From the NCBI GenBank assembly GCA_002104905.1, contig MCFE01000272.1:1-64000 (forward strand): 64,000 nucleotides of DNA, written 5' to 3'. This document shows, one piece after another, positions 25,401 to 40,158 of this stretch (position 1 is the stretch's first letter; every line of letters begins with the position of its first letter). This DNA comes from Basidiobolus meristosporus CBS 931.73 (lineage: Eukaryota; Fungi; Basidiobolomycota). The notes beneath the pieces were generated by a model, which saw only the letters and a list, made by a program, of their open reading frames with translations, did no database searches and had not been told where the DNA came from. A program made the translations under genes and the position numbers.

Positions 25401-28309
25401 ATTTATTTATACTCACTTGACTCCATAAAGTATCCTCACTATTGCTTACCATGGGTGTTGTCTCATAGCATCATGGGATTTTGCTAGGTTCACGCCAAAT
25501 ACTGTTGTTAGAGAATATAGGCTCACAATCCATATGTAGCCCTCTTCTTCAGAGCTATCTTTGTGTGTGCCATATTCAGAAGGCTGGGATGAGCCTATAG
25601 GCATCACAAACTCATCTAACTCAGTTTGCACAAGGTGACAAGTATAGCCAGTAGCTGTGATGGAAGTATCAAGTTGCCAGCAAGATATTGTTGGTACAGT
25701 AGTGACTGGTGAATGGTCAAATATGGCCTTTGAGGCAAAACTCTTGCCATGATCCTGGGGATACTTCCTATTCTGTCTGCATGATTTGTGGCTGCAAGGC
25801 TTGCTACTATAGCCACCAGGCCTTTTTCTCTTCTGTTATGGCTTTGAATCAAAGTAGTCTTATCCATGGGGCAAACAGTTTGATACCAATCAATGTAATG
25901 CTATTTTATCACTTTTCTGTCAATACTCATGTGAGCTGAAGACAGTCTCGTAGTTGAGACATTGCACCTAAATCAATGCAAGATTCAATGCTGATTGGCC
26001 ACAGTAAGCATTATAAGTAAGCTTGAGGCACCACATACATATATAAATGTAACTATATTTCCCCTTTGGTTTGACCAACTTCCATATTCATACCATCAAA
26101 AAAAAGCAAAGGTGACTGGTTCCCAATAAAAACCTACTGCTGACAGCAGTAGAAAAATGGATGGACAACAGCTTGCCTAGACATTCAGTGCAACAAGCAG
26201 TGCTACAACCAAAAAAGGCCTTGTGGACAGTATACCAATGAAGATAATAATGTGAACTCTTCAGGATCTCAATCAGGTAGCCAATTGGGAATCTCTGTGG
26301 AGCTGCAAGCTGACCATAATGCTGAGGCAGATCAGAATATAGCAAGTGCAGTACCTTCAGTTGCAGACCAGCAAGTGGCTGTTATAGCATCACCACAACC
26401 TATATCAGCAAGTGTGTTGCCAGCTCATACCAAAGCATTAATGATGCAATTAGGTGCAGCAGCTGATTGGAAAGATGCAAAGTCACAGAAAAATCAGCAA
26501 ATAGTCCAGAAACTGGATGAGCGGATAATACATGTAGAGCAATCAATATTTAAGGGAAAGAAAGCAGTAACTTTGCTGTATCAAAGAAACTCAGGTAGCT
26601 AAATCTCACAGCCAAGAATTTAGCTATATTCCAATGTAACAGCTGCAGAACACCATACAGGCTTTGAAGCAAACAGCAGTGCCCAACAATAAAGCCCACT
26701 TTACAGCTTATCAATGCATGGGAGGGAGAAAATGGAGTATTTTTATCACAGCCCAATAATCGAAAGACATTGAATATCTGTATAGCTATAGATTGCTATG
26801 ATGAAGAGTATGCTAATATTTAACAGACTGTAAGTGGTCCAGAATATCAGCACTTTTAGATCAGCATAACACAGGACTATCAGGAAATTGAGGCCAAGTA
26901 GAACAGGCTTGACTTGTTCCATGAGTATGATAGGAAAGTATCTCAAGAATAGCAGAAACAATCAAAGGCAGAAGAACTAGAGTGCAATAGCTAGGAACCA
27001 GCAACTTCCCCGAGAGCCCTTTACACGCAGGGCCAAGAGCTACAAATAAGTGTTAACAAGACATTGGGTAGCTGGCAGAGTACTAATAAAGAATAAGCAG
27101 ACCAACATAAATGCACCAGCACTACATTCTCCAAGGAGAAAGTGTAGTTGTACTCAGGAAGCACTCAGAAAAGTAGCAGTGAAAGACCAGGCAGAGCTGA
27201 AGGAAACTGTAAAGGGAGAAAATTCTATTCAAGTCAAAGGCAAGGAAACATGAGAAAAATGCTGCAGCTCTTGCCAATTAATGCCATAAGCCTGGAACAC
27301 ACAGAATCCTTTTGCAGCTAAGTAGAAATACCCACATGAGAACAGCTGTTTTCACAAGAGTTGGAAGTGTGGCCAGTAGAGCTGCACTCTACAGAGGCAG
27401 ATGAATTAGCAGAAAAAGGCTATTAGTGTACCACAGCCTCTATGTCCTTCATTGCTGGCAGAGTGGAGATCCCACTGACAGACAAAGTAGCAACATCAGG
27501 AGCTCTAAAGGTTATCACACTGCCTTCAGTGGGACCTTTCAAAATTAATAGGCACACCAATCTGCATTTTGATCCTCCAAAGTCTGTAGTTCCTCCTTTC
27601 AAACCTCTCCTTTGTAGATAAGATGTCTAAGTATTAAAAGAAAAGAATAGGTTGTAGCACTTCTATTGCAATTTTTGAGGACTATTTTGAATATTCGATG
27701 TATCCATTGTATAGACTAGCAAATGAGGAGCTAGACCTTGCAGTGCTGGCTGAAGGCCTGGATGTGTGGGCACCAGTGGATGAGAAGTTGCATAAGGCCA
27801 ATGGGCTCCTGCCAGAGTCATGGAACCAGTGCATATAGCAGAAATACTAATTGAGTGGTAGATTATGATGGATCTATTTGTTGAGTTTGATTTGGGCATA
27901 ATGTTAGTGCTAGGTACAGGCACTTGTATAAGTCTATACAATTGCAGCTGAAGTACAACAAAGGCTTTGAAGGAAATGAATAAATTTGCATGCATATAAA
28001 AGTAAGCAAATTGGATGAGTCATGAAACAAGATGTTTAAGATAGAGACAAAAGTCAAATAACGTACACAAAAGTAAGAGGGGATTGAGTGTCTGGGATCA
28101 GAAGGTCAGAGAGTTGGCAGGTGACTAGTCAAAAGCCACTTGTGTATTGCTTTGATGAAATATTTTGATCAAGTTTGATGTGAAATCAGGGGTTCAATTT
28201 TTTTTTATGGTCTTTGGAGTGTTTTAATGGGATGAATACCTTTTAGTCATAAGAATTTAATTTTGTGTTGTCCTTGGCCAGGTTCATCACAATTTTTTTT
28301 ATAGGGCAG

Positions 28310-28487
28310 GTATTCTATAGTTACCCATGCAACTATCTTGATTAAAATTTCTTTGTATTAGGTGAAAAGATCTTTTTGATGCGCAAAGTGTTTGATGTAC
28401 CAGAGTCAATATACCACATCCAAGTATCATTATTTGATGTCAAACTTACTGCAACTATAAGCAGTTTCACCTCAATTGCCGATTGTA
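28310..28487 (-). pseudogene. Copia protease fragment; a separate Copia gag-start fragment lies at ~27560-27650
   Basis: WYIDSGTS motif in ORF 28342-28536. Confidence 0.7.
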
Positions 28488-28582
28488 TTGTTCTATTGCA
28501 CCATGCCAGAGTGCGCAGCAGAGTCTGTAGTTGCAAAGAACAATAGGCACAATATTGTAGCTACCAGTTAGCAGGATTGCTC

Positions 28583-28951
28583 TGTTGAAATATTGGACTA
28601 TTTGTAATCACTCTGCAGCTAAAAACTTACTTAACAATTCTCGACTAGTCTTGGTCACTGTGAGACTAATTTACAGCTCTAACTTTGCCACTTTCTTCAG
28701 ATCTATGATCTTATGATAATTCCCCTATAGTCAGGATCCAAGTAACACTAATACTAACTATTATGTACTAACCCTGAAACCGTTACAGAATGCTCCTGAA
28801 TATTGAGAAATCCTCCTTACTTAGTGTTACAGCTGTATTACTTCTACAAAGGTATATATACTGAGCTTCTTTATTAATAAACAACAGTTCAACTGTTATT
28901 ACTATTTCTTGAAAAGTTCCTTATATCCAAATCACTTCTTAAATTGCAACA
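28583..28951 (+). repeat. Solo LTR of Copia C3 with 5-bp TSD TGCTC
   Basis: Matches 31338-31706; TGCTC at 28578-28582 and 28952-28956. Confidence 0.94.
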
Positions 28952-29708
28952 TGCTCTTCAACAGTTTGCACTATGTGGGACAATGTGACACACTGTGGCT
29001 CAATCTAACTTCATCAGGCTGGCATGGATGATAGCACCCACTTGTAATGTCTCCATCACATGCACAAATGAATACCACTATTGTGGTAGGTAAAATCTGG
29101 TATTCAGATATGTTTCATAAATGAAAAGGGTAATTGATGATTATCACACTGTCAACTACATTGATACTTACCATTTTGGTCACCATCACTCCAATTGAAT
29201 GGTGTGTCAATGATTGACTGGTCTAAAGTAGCTAGAAGCACTTAGCCCCCATTCAGTGCTTTGACCAATACACACACCACTTAATTTGACATCAAATATC
29301 CCTTTTGCTCTAAAGTGCACACATTGATCTGACATGCATTGACTGAATGGAAGGCACTCTTATGTAGGGTGTTGGCATAGATTGGACCGACATGCACCGG
29401 TGTGCTGGTATTGCAGACAACAGTAGGGAGTCAAGTAAGATGTGCTGGCAAGATCTTAACACAATTGCTTGTGGTCTGTATTTGTCCTCTTGAAGTTCAC
29501 CTTCTGATTCCTCAAGATACTCGCTTACCTTCTGGCTGAGGCTTTGGAACTGTTGTCTTAATGAGGCTTGTGTATATTGCTCTTGGAAGCCACTAAGCTC
29601 TTCAATTATATCACATAGCGCACTAGTCATTTGAGGCAAAAACTTGTTTAAAATCTCTTTGAATCTTATATCATTTTTGATATGACTTACTCATTTGAAT
29701 GGTCTTTT

Positions 29709-30076
29709 TGTTACAAGTCTTGGTATAAGAGTTGTAAAGGAATAGGGAGTTTAGCTAGTATTGTATTCACTAAAACTTGAACTGATTTTTATTGAGGTTC
29801 CAGCAGCTCCTTATATACATTTTGCCAGATCAATAGCTGACTAATTGTATTTCCTAATGTAGGTTGTGGCTGATGACTCATTTGATTGCATCATCATCAC
29901 CCCATAAGATCCTGCTTAATATATCTATTTCTGTCTGATAAGGATCTGCTGGTTCATTTGCTGACTAATACTACTGATTTCATAGATAATACTGATATAC
30001 TGATAACCTAAGCATATATTAAATGATTTGACTAAAAACTAATCCAACTTAAACATTCAAGCAGCAGATCATAACA
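29709..30076 (-). repeat. Solo LTR of Gypsy B with 4-bp TSD TTTT
   Basis: Reverse complement of 43121-43489. The uninterrupted site GGTCTTTTCTCATC is seen at ~39293-39306. Confidence 0.92.
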
Positions 30077-31337
30077 TTTTCTCATCAATTCCATCACTAC
30101 CACTGGGTTTCCTCTTGACCTGTTAGAGGGGACCTATGCCAAGTACAGTGAACTATCAACACCAATCTACTCAAGGAGCTCCCATATTAAGCTTTTTTAC
30201 TATTACATGAGATATTGCCCTACAAGGTTTCATCACACCATCCATGGCAACAAAAGTCCTAGAAGCTTTTGTTCTTAGCTGACAGCAATTGAGTACCACC
30301 TTGCACAGGGTACAAATGATTTAGAACAAGCTTGGAATACCAGTTTCATGAGCTCCAATAGACTTCCATATTCCAGAGTGCTCAGCAACAGGTTCTATGT
30401 AAGGAACATTTCAGTATCTTTCCAGTTAGGAGTAGCAGACCTTTTAGTGGGCAGAGGCACCTTTATTCTGTCAAATCAAAGGCACACAGTGTGAAATTTC
30501 AAGCTCTGTCTGGCATGGACGGTAACATCATATAGTCTAGTGGGCTCTTTGCTGGATGTAGGCATGACAAATCACTCTGGGTAGCAAAGCATCTTAAATT
30601 CAGTAGAGGGGAGAAATGTATGGTAGACTTGGTTCCTATAGGAGAGGATTGTCAGATATTAGGATGTATTACAGCTCATAGTACGCCAAGGTATGATGTG
30701 CTTAGTAGGAAGCAGGAGCTCTACAATGAGGTATTTGATTATTTCAGAGTGAGAGTAGAGCATACACTAAGATAACTAAAGTTTTTTAGCACAGTGGCAG
30801 GTAAACACGGAGGAAAGTCATATACAGGAGAAAATAGCAGTGGGGGTAAAATAGTCAAGCTACTTATTGATGCACAGGATATCCATACAAGAAGATAGCT
30901 ATAGAGAGAAATATGTCAGGAGATTTATGCAGAATAAATAATGCAAGAGTAGCACAGTTCTGAGCCATATATTTAAGACTGAGTAATAATACTAGTAACT
31001 GTATCCTATCACAGACATTGTGGTGAATATTATAGTGTCAGACAGCTCAGGAGGGTGCTAGATCACACAGCACTACAATCAGGCTGGTACTAAGTGGCAC
31101 TATCCTACAGAGCAAGTCTCACAAATAACTCCATCAAAACCACCATTCAAAAGGGATCTCTGCTCTTATGCCTTTTTTGCATAACTTTGGAGGGAACTCT
31201 GTGGCTTTATGCAATTGATCATTTGCTGGTTCCAATATGTCCTAGTATTCAGCCAGCAGTAAAGATCAAGCATCTCATCTGCTGGTCTTTACAATCAATC
31301 CTCCCAATATTGCAGTGCATTTTCTTGATCACTAATC

Positions 31338-33350
31338 TGTTGAAATATTGGACTATTTGGTATCAATCTGCAGCTAAATATTTACTTAACAATTCTGGAC
31401 TAGTCTTGGTCACTGTGAGACTAATTTACAGCTCTAACTCTGCCACTTTCTTCAGATCTATGATTTTATGATAAATCCCCTATAGTCAGGATCAAATTAG
31501 CACTAATACTAACTATTATGTACTAACCCTGAAACTGTTACAGAATGCTCCTGAATATTGAGAAACCCTCCTTACTTAGTGTTACAGCTGTATTACTTCT
31601 ACAAAGGTATATATACTGAGCTTCTTTATTAATAAACAACAGTTCAACTATTATCACTATTTCTTGACAAGTTCCTTATGTGCAATTCACTTCTTAAATT
31701 GCAACAGGTTATGAGCCCCAATTGCCTTAATCTATTCTAAAGATGACTTCTACTGGCAAGCAGAACAGCACACACATATTCCTTGTAAAGGAGAGGGTTA
31801 ATGGAAAGAACTACAGACTTTGGAGAATCAAGATGCAGATCCACCTTGAGGAAAGGAAGCTTTGGAATATAGTAACAGGAAAAGAAGTTGAGCCCACAGG
31901 AACAGCAGAAGAAGTGGAGAAGTTTCAAGAGAAGGAGAGAAAGGCCTTTAATGCCATATGTATAAATGTGCGCAGTTCCTTCATTGGACAAAACCATGCC
32001 TCAAATACTTCCAAAGCAGCATGGGAATCCGTTGAGAAGATCTTTAGGGCAAAGTAAGTATCAAGCAAGCTGTACTTGAAACAATAGCTCTTCAACATGA
32101 GGAAGAAGCCTGATGATGACATGCTGCAACTCATTACCAAGATGGAGACACTTGCAGAAGAACTTTACAGTACTAATGCTGGTGTAGATGATGAAAAAAA
32201 GATACTCCGTCTGCTTTGCAGCCTACCAGACAGGTATGAGCCACTCATACTTTCTTTTGAAAGCAGAGTAGACAACTTGACTTTAGACTATGTCAAAGGA
32301 AGACTTCTCCATGAAGAACTCAGACATAATGATCAAGCAGAGAAAATCAAAGATAATGCTTTATTTAGTTCAGAAAGGCACTCAGAAAAGAAGGGAAAAC
32401 AACAAAACCAAAGAAAACCTGGTTGCTGCAACTATTATAAAAAGCCAGGACACTGGGCAAGAGAATGCAAGAAGAAACAAGCAGACAAAAAACAGAAACT
32501 AGAGCAGGCAAACCATACAACTACCGATGAACAGTTATTTGTACCTGTACAAAAGAGTGCAAGCAACCAGAGTAATGAATGGTAAATTGACTCTGGAGCA
32601 TCACAGCATATTTGTGTTATAAAGGAGTGGTTCAGCAACTTAAAAACCATTCCCGTAAGAAAGGTTTATCTGGGAGATAACTCTGCTATGGAGGCTACTG
32701 CAAGTGGGTCTTTACAACTAAATATGAGCAATAGCTTAGGGGCAACTACAGCAAAACTCACTGACATACTCTATGTACCTGGAATAGCTAAGCACTTACT
32801 CTCAGTCAGTAAAGCAACTGCTCAGGGACCAAAATTTGTTTTTACTAAGATGAGCTGCTCAGTATTGAGTGAGAATGTACAAAAATTAGCTTTGGGAATC
32901 AGAGATCACAATATATATAAATTACAATGCAAGATCACTTTACCTGAGTATGTCAACATTGCTGAAACTGATGAAACCAACTGGGAGACATGGCATAGTA
33001 GGATAGGACACATTGGGGAACAGAAAATGAGCCAAGTTGTTAAAAATCAGCTTGTTTTGGGCCTTAAATACTCAATTTTGATCAAATTGAATGTTTGTAA
33101 GGGTTGTTAATATGGCAAACAAGCTAGGCAACATTTCAAGAGCTCAGAAGGCATCAATACCACCAAAATATTGGCTGTTGTACACACAGACATATGTGGC
33201 CCCATGCAAACACTGTCCTTTGGAGCCAAGAGATACTTTATGATGTTTATTGATGACAAAACAAGACATATATGGGTGTACTTCCCTAGAACAAAGTTCA
33301 AAGCTTTAGAGATGTTTAAGCACTTCAAGAACATGGCAGAAACACAAACT
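31338..33350 (+). mobile_element. gag-pol: Copia C3, 3'-truncated: 5' LTR 31338-31706, PBS GGTTATGAGCCC, gag, zinc knuckle, protease, start of integrase
   Basis: NYRLWRIKM, CNYYKKPGHWAREC, IDSGAS, VHTDICGPM..YFMMFIDD. PBS resembles the copia half-tRNAiMet type. Confidence 0.92.
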
Positions 33351-33513
33351 GGGGTGACATTTGTCTTGCCTGATCAGTACTGTCCCATAAGCTGGTTGAC
33401 TATCACACCTGCTTACCTTATTGCATAAGTTATCATGCACTTTATGTAAGATTACTAGCTATAAGTACCTCTATATTAGGCAGATACCCACACCACTACC
33501 TGTGACACATGAT
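33351..33513 (+). repeat. Deleted fragment of LTR-A fused to the C3 integrase
   Basis: TGGGGTGACA joined directly to TTTGTCTT...GACACATGATCAA of LTR-A. Confidence 0.8.
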
Positions 33514-36500
33514 CAAGGTGATGCTTTGTTAGACTTCCAAAGGCCTCATGAATATTAGTCTATGCTTAGTCATTTCACTCAGTGACTTCAAATACCGCAG
33601 CCTTGCCCTCCCATGCTGTGATAGGTCATTCTGTGAATTTACCTTAGAGCACTGTTGATGTGATTCAAAGACTTTATGGTGTTTCTTTGCTGTTACATTG
33701 GGAAATGGCTCAAATATTGGCTGTGACATAGGCCATTTGAGTTGCTTCCTTGCAGCAAAGATACCATATACTCTACCTGGGATATTGATTGCTCTGTACA
33801 TATACTCAACTTATCCTGTCTCTGGACTGTTTCCAAATTTCTCTGGGTCATTGCATCTGTACTATCAGCCACTGCACCTGATTGCCTCATTAAGGTTTTT
33901 CATGAGCTGTCAACATTCTTGCTGATACTGGTGGTGATGATAGTATGATGGCCACTTGCTAGCAATTAATCAAGGTTACTGCATTTGCCACATTTGCATC
34001 TGCCAGAGCATTATAGTCAGCTTGTGGCTCTGCAAGTATTCTCATTTACCTACTTGACTGAGTGCCAGAGGAGTCCACATTATTACCTTCAGTTGGTGTA
34101 ATGTCAATATAGCCTTTATAGAATGTAGCCCTACTTGTTGCATTTAATGTTAAAGCAAGGTGTTGTTCAACAATTCTTTTGCAGCTGTCAGCAGTGGGGC
34201 TTTATTCAGAACCCGACAACTTTGCTTTACCTTTTGGTGGCATATATATGAAAGTAAGTGAAGCTAAAGGGGAAATAGAGGTAGTTTTATGTATGTATGT
34301 GGTGCTACAACTTTATTCATGATGCTTGCCATGGTGGGTCATCATTGAATCTTACATATGTACATGTGCAATGTTGCAAATACCACACTGTCTTAAACTC
34401 ACATGAGTATAGACAAAAAAGTGCTATAATAGCACTGCATTGTTGAGTGTCAAAGTGTTTGACACATGAACAATATCACCTTGATTTGATGCTGCAAGAG
34501 ATGGAAAAAAGACCATGTGGTGGTTGTAACAAGCCTCTCAGCCATGAAGCATGCAGACATCATAGGTAGTATTACAAAGATCATGGCCAGTGTTTTGCCA
34601 CACAACTTATATTTGAGCTTTCATCAGTCACTACTTTTATATCAAGATCTTTTCAGCCACTAGATACCTCAATAGAAGCACCAAGCTTTAAAGAGCATTT
34701 GATGCAAATTGACGTAGGTGTTTTTGCAACACTATTCAGCTCACCTTAGCCTTCTACTTATGGCATACAGAGTGCCAACTCTGATGCAAAAGGCTTACTG
34801 ATGGAATTAACTTGTCTCCCCTAATAACAGTGCCTTGCATGAGCCTGGTATAGTCCCAAAATGCAATGAGACAAAACCTGTGGAAAAAGATGCCAAGAAT
34901 ACTTTGCGGAGCCATGTGAGCCTTGTAATCTCTCTACTGGTGAATGATTTGATGTTGTGGCTTGAGAAGTGGTGTATTTATACTACTATCAGTAATGGTG
35001 GCTTTGAGGATTTAAAACTACTTTGTGCCAAACTCATTCCAGGATGCTACTTGCTGTGTACATGGTACAAATGGAAAACTGTCATGCAACTGGTAGCATA
35101 TGACCCAGTGACCATACTCATACCTGTAGAAATATTAAAGAGATATGTTGGAAGTAAAATGGAAAGTTACAGATTTACATTGTTGTGATTTGCCGCTTGA
35201 ATGTTTGAGTTAGATCAATTTTCAGTCAAGTCATTTAGTTGTATGTTTAGTTTATCAGTATATCAGTATTACCTATCAAATCAGTTGCATTAGTCAGCAA
35301 ATGCATCAGCAGATCCTTGTCAGACAGAAATAGATATATTAAGTAGGCTCTTATTGGGCAATGATGATGCAATCAAACAAGTCATCAGCCACAGCCTACA
35401 TTAGGAAATACAATTAGTGAGCTAGTGATCTGGCAATATGTATATAAGGAGCTGCTGGAACCTCAATAAAGATCAGTTCAAGTTTAGTAAATACAATACT
35501 AGCTAAACTCCCTATTCCTCTACAACTCTTTTACCAAGACTTGTAGCATTGGTAGCAGCAATAACCAGAAACATTCCTCCTGAAAAAAGAAGAAGCCTGC
35601 CTCAAGATGTCCAAAAATCAACAATGGTAGAATGATATGCAACAAATCCTGGCCCAGCAGCAACAGTTACTCCAGATCCGCAGCAAGCAGCAACAAGGAA
35701 TGATTACCATAGCTCAAAGCCAGCAAAACCCTGTCAAGAGCAACTTTAGTGTGAAGGTCAACCAGTCCCATGATAGAGTCAATGAAAACCTGGGAACTTG
35801 ACTCTTTCATGTTGAAGAGGCTTTCAAGACTAAGGGAATTGCTCCAGAATGCAAGTTGCACTATGCAGCCTGTTACCTGGCAGATGCAGCTTTACAGTGG
35901 TACTACAACAAGATCAGGTCAGCCACCATGATGGGATGCTCTACAATCTCTACCTGGGATGAGTTTGTGTTGGAAATTCAGGATGCCTTTGAGCCCTCAC
36001 ACCAACAGATACTACTAAGAAGAAAGCTGAAGACATTCAGTTAGAAAGGAATGGTCCAAGAGTACATCTATGAATATAAATGTCTATTTGGGCAAATTGA
36101 AAGAATGGACCCTCTGGATCAAGTTGAATACTTTATTGATGGGTTCAAAGAAAGAACTTGTAAGGAAGTGAATTATCAAAGACCTCAAATTATTGAAGAA
36201 TCCATCAAGATTGCCATTGACTATGACTCAGCTATATTTGGAGTTGGGAAGCCCACAATGATTAATCAGAGAGGTCAAAATCACTATGAAAGAAGACTAT
36301 CAGAAGCAGTGCCAATAGAAATAGATGCTATGCAGAATAATCCTACCTCAGAAGAATGCATGAAGAAAGGACTCTGCTTCAATTGACACCAGCAGGTACA
36401 TACTGCAAAGTACTGCCCTCAGAGAAGAAATGGACACCAGCCATCAAGAACCTTTGACCATATCAAGGCCTTAGATTATAGGAACATGGAGGATGAACTT

Positions 36501-37668
36501 GAAGAAGACTCAGAACTCACCTTCCATATAACAGAAGAATACCTATCCCAGATGACCTCAAAATCAGGAAAGCTATTACACTTGAATGGAGTAATCAATG
36601 AAGTACCTGCCAAGATCATGATTAACTTGGGAGCATTGCATGAGTGCATGTCAGCACAATTTGCTTTGAAGGCTGGAATTAACTTGGAACCTGCCAAATC
36701 AACTTCAGTCTCAACAACTGATGGGTACACTCACATAATTGACTGTATTACTCAGCTACTGAAGATGAAGATCAATGACTATGAAGAGATCTACAGGCTT
36801 ATATATTTAGGAACTGCAAGTTTGACCTTGTAATTGGGAAAACCTGGCTATTTTGTTGTAATCCTTCAATCAACTGGAGAACCATGCTACTCAGATCCAG
36901 AAAGACACCAAGACCTAAGAGTTATTAGACTTGTTCCATTGTACCATGCCAGGGTGTGCAGCACAATCTGCGGTTGTAAAGAGTGATTGGGCATGATATT
37001 ATAGCTATCAGAAGGCAGGATTGTTCTTAGACAATTTTGCACTATGTAGGACAATCTTGCACACTGTGGCATGATCTGACACAATGAGGTTGGCACGGAT
37101 GATTGTGCCAACTTGTAATATTTGCATCATGTGCGCAATTGGATACCGCTATTATGGCAGGTAAAATCTGGGATTTGGATATGTTTCTTCAATGTAAATG
37201 GGAATAAATGAGTATCACACTATATGCTACACTGATACTTACCATTTTGGTTACCATCACTCCAATTGGATGGTATCTCAGTGGTTAAATGGTCCAAAAG
37301 TATCCTGAAGCTGGCAGCCTCCAATTGGCTCACTGACTACTAAACAAGCTACCTGATTTGCTATCAAATATCCCATTTTGCCCATTGAGCAGGTAAATCC
37401 CTGATCCTAGTGATTGGACAAGGTGTCACAGCTAGCACACAAGCAATTGGGTAGGTGCAAAACAGATCCAATAGCTGAACTGGTATTACAAGTGATGTAT
37501 ATATATGCAAGGTGTTTATTTGTAGGGGCTCTGTCTCAAATGTGAGACAACCTTGATATTACTTATTTCAAAAGTTGATGATCACTGATTTGCAAAGGCT
37601 TAATTTGGATTGCAAAAAAAATGGGTTGTTGGGATCATTACAAATAATAGCAATTCAAAGCAATTGCA

Positions 37669-38860
37669 TCATCTTCTCCTGGGTTTTTTTCTCACAGGGA
37701 TTACTACTGAAGCATTTGGTAGTGACTCACTTTGCACAGCTATATTACTTCCTGGCTGACTATCATCTTGGCTACTTGTGTATATGTAGACAGTATTTTG
37801 CCTCCTAGTTGATGAGTGTGATGCTGCAGCTTGGCCACGCTGAATTGTTCCAACTAAACCAACTGAACTGGCCTGGAGTGCCATGCACTGATGCGTTCTT
37901 TTACTAGCCAATGGCTCTGGTGGTTGAGGCACTTCATGTTGGTCATCATCAGTCAGTTCACCAGAAGTAACTTGCTGATGGTCAGACAAACGGCATGTGC
38001 AGGCTCAACTTGACATGTTGAGATGGCCCTTGGCTGAGCTTGATGTGATGCTGCATGTTAATGCAACTTGGTCTGCTCCAATGGACCTGTGTCTAAATGA
38101 GCAGTTTGGCAAGTTCTGGTAGTTTTGCTCTGAAGCGTGCGCGTTGACCCGACGCATGTTGACTCAATGTGGGGCGTTCTGGTAAAGGGTGTTGGCATAG
38201 TCTGGACTGACATGTGCCAGCACACTGTGGTTGCAAGAGATGGTAAGGAATCCAGCAAGGCTTGCTGGCACGATCTGGATGTTGCTGCTTGTGGTCTGTA
38301 TTCTTCCTCCTGAAGCTCACAATCTGATTCCTCAAGGTATTGACTTGCCCTCTGTCTGATTCTTTGGAGCTGTTGCCTGGATGAGTCCTCTGTATATTGC
38401 TCTTGGAAGCCACTAAGCTCTACTGATGTATCACATAGTACATTAGTCATTTGAGGCAAAAACTCATTCAAAATCTCTTTGGTTCCCAAAGTTGAGGCAA
38501 AACAAATGCATCTGGCCCGTACTGTGCAAATTATGCATGAAATTGTTCCTGCCCAGCTTCTTCATCAAATCCCCTCACTCTCAGCTCATTCTTGATTTCA
38601 ATACTTGTCTTGTTATATATCTTCTTACATACATTGGCTGGCATCTTGATGTGGAACTCATGCCACAGCTTTCTACTCAAATTCTTCCATCTTTGTTGAA
38701 TCTCTGAGGTATTGAGTTCTGCTAGATTAATCAGTAGTGCCCAAATATCCGTATGAAGGCTCATCATAGACACTTGGGCCATACTAAAATCATTTGGCAA
38801 GAACTCAAACGGATCCAACATCAACTTTTCCGGTCTGGACTGCACTTGTAAGCTGGGGGA
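37669..38860 (-). pseudogene. PHIS accessory gene with a Myb/SANT-like (trihelix) motif and a basic C-terminus; broken frame
   Basis: WKNLSRKLWHEFHIKMPANVCKKIYNK resembles the Myb/SANT-like helix pattern. The ELSGFQEQY frame is conserved in copy 2 (29310-29639). Ends RKKPRRR. Confidence 0.65.
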
Positions 38861-39273
38861 TGAGTTTTGTCTGGGTTGTACTAAAGATTAGTTGAGACTT
38901 GGTATGGGGACCATAGCAACAGATTTGGATACTTATACAGCAGTATATTGGCATCAATTTGGTCTTATATGAAATATATATGAAAACTAATGTGATTGTT
39001 GAATTTTCCATATATTATGCATGATGCATCTTGGATTGCGTTGACACAGATCAGATCATGTCAATTGCAGATATCCTATTTGATTATAGATCTATGAGTA
39101 AAGCATCAATAAAGGTACCAAAGCATCTTTTGCGGATGATTTTTGCAACATAATGATGGGATACATGGCAGTTGATGGAGATTTAATCATTGTGCATTAA
39201 CAATTAGATAAATAACGCAGATTGCGCCAAATCAATTCAAACCACCTCCATATGATCATCCACCAATGTTAAT

Positions 39274-40158
39274 ATGATTTACTCATCTGAATGGTCTTTT
39301 CTCATCAATCCCATCACTACCACTGGATTTCCGTTTGACACACTAGAGGAGATCTATACCAAGTACTGTGGTCCAACTACCCCAATCTACTCAAGGAGAT
39401 CCCTTGTTAAGCTTCTCTGCTATTACATGAACTATTGCCCTACAAGGTTTCATCCTACCATCCATGGCAACAAAAGTCCTAGAAGCTTTTGTTCCAAGCT
39501 GACAGCAATGGAGAACCACCTTGCATAGTGTATGAATGACTTAGAGCAAGCTTGGAATACTAGGCTCAGAAGCTCCAATAGACTTCCATATCCCAGAGTG
39601 TTCAGCAACAGGTTCCATATCAGGAGTATTTTGGATACCTTCCCAGTGAGGATTAACAGACCTTCTGGAGGGCAGAAGCACTTTTATTCTGGCAAGTACA
39701 AGGCATGCTGTGTGAAGTTTCAAGAACTGTCTAACATTGAGCATAACATCATCTGGTTTAGTGGGCCATTTGCTGGATTTAGGTATGACAAAGCACTCTG
39801 GGTAGAGAATCATCCTGAGTTCAGTAGAGGGGAGAAATATATGGCAGACTTGGCTTATATAGGAGAGAATTGTTACAGATTAGGATGTATTAGAGCTTAT
39901 GGGAAGCCAAGGAATGGTGTGCTTAGCAGGAAGCAGAAGCTCTACAATGAGATATTTAATCATTTCAGAGTGAGGGTAGAGCACACATTTGGATATCTGA
40001 AGAGATTCAGCATATTGGCAAGTAAATACAGAGGAAAGTCATATATAGGAGAAAACAGCAGAATAGGTAAAATAGCTAAGAAACTTATTAATGCACAGTA
40101 TGCTCATACAAGAAGACATCCACTGGGAGATATGTGTCTGGAGCATTATGAAGAGTAA
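39274..40158 (+). pseudogene. Harbinger-like DDE transposase (DDE_Tnp_4), single in-frame TAG at 39526-39528
   Basis: ILDTFPV..RP...QK.FYSGK, MADLAY, RVRVEHTFGYLKRF. Copy 2 has CAG at the stop position. Confidence 0.92.

Larger units (their letters stand above)
16499..28306. mobile_element. CMC remnants (transposase -, ORF2 +, right terminus at 28306), carrying MITE copy 2, Gypsy A and a partial LTR-A; probably two joined copies
   Basis: tnp2 motifs in ORF 17856-18209; ORF2 homology at 26090-27540; TTTATAGGG end. Overlapping duplicated segments at ~24660 and ~25530. Confidence 0.8.
28488..31119 (+). mobile_element. Decayed PHIS/Pangu-like element (copy 2), internally deleted and carrying two solo LTRs; left terminus eroded
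   Basis: Collinear with 36927-40299; DDE transposase remnants at ~29670-30940; right end CACTATCCTACAGAGCAAGTCT. Confidence 0.85.
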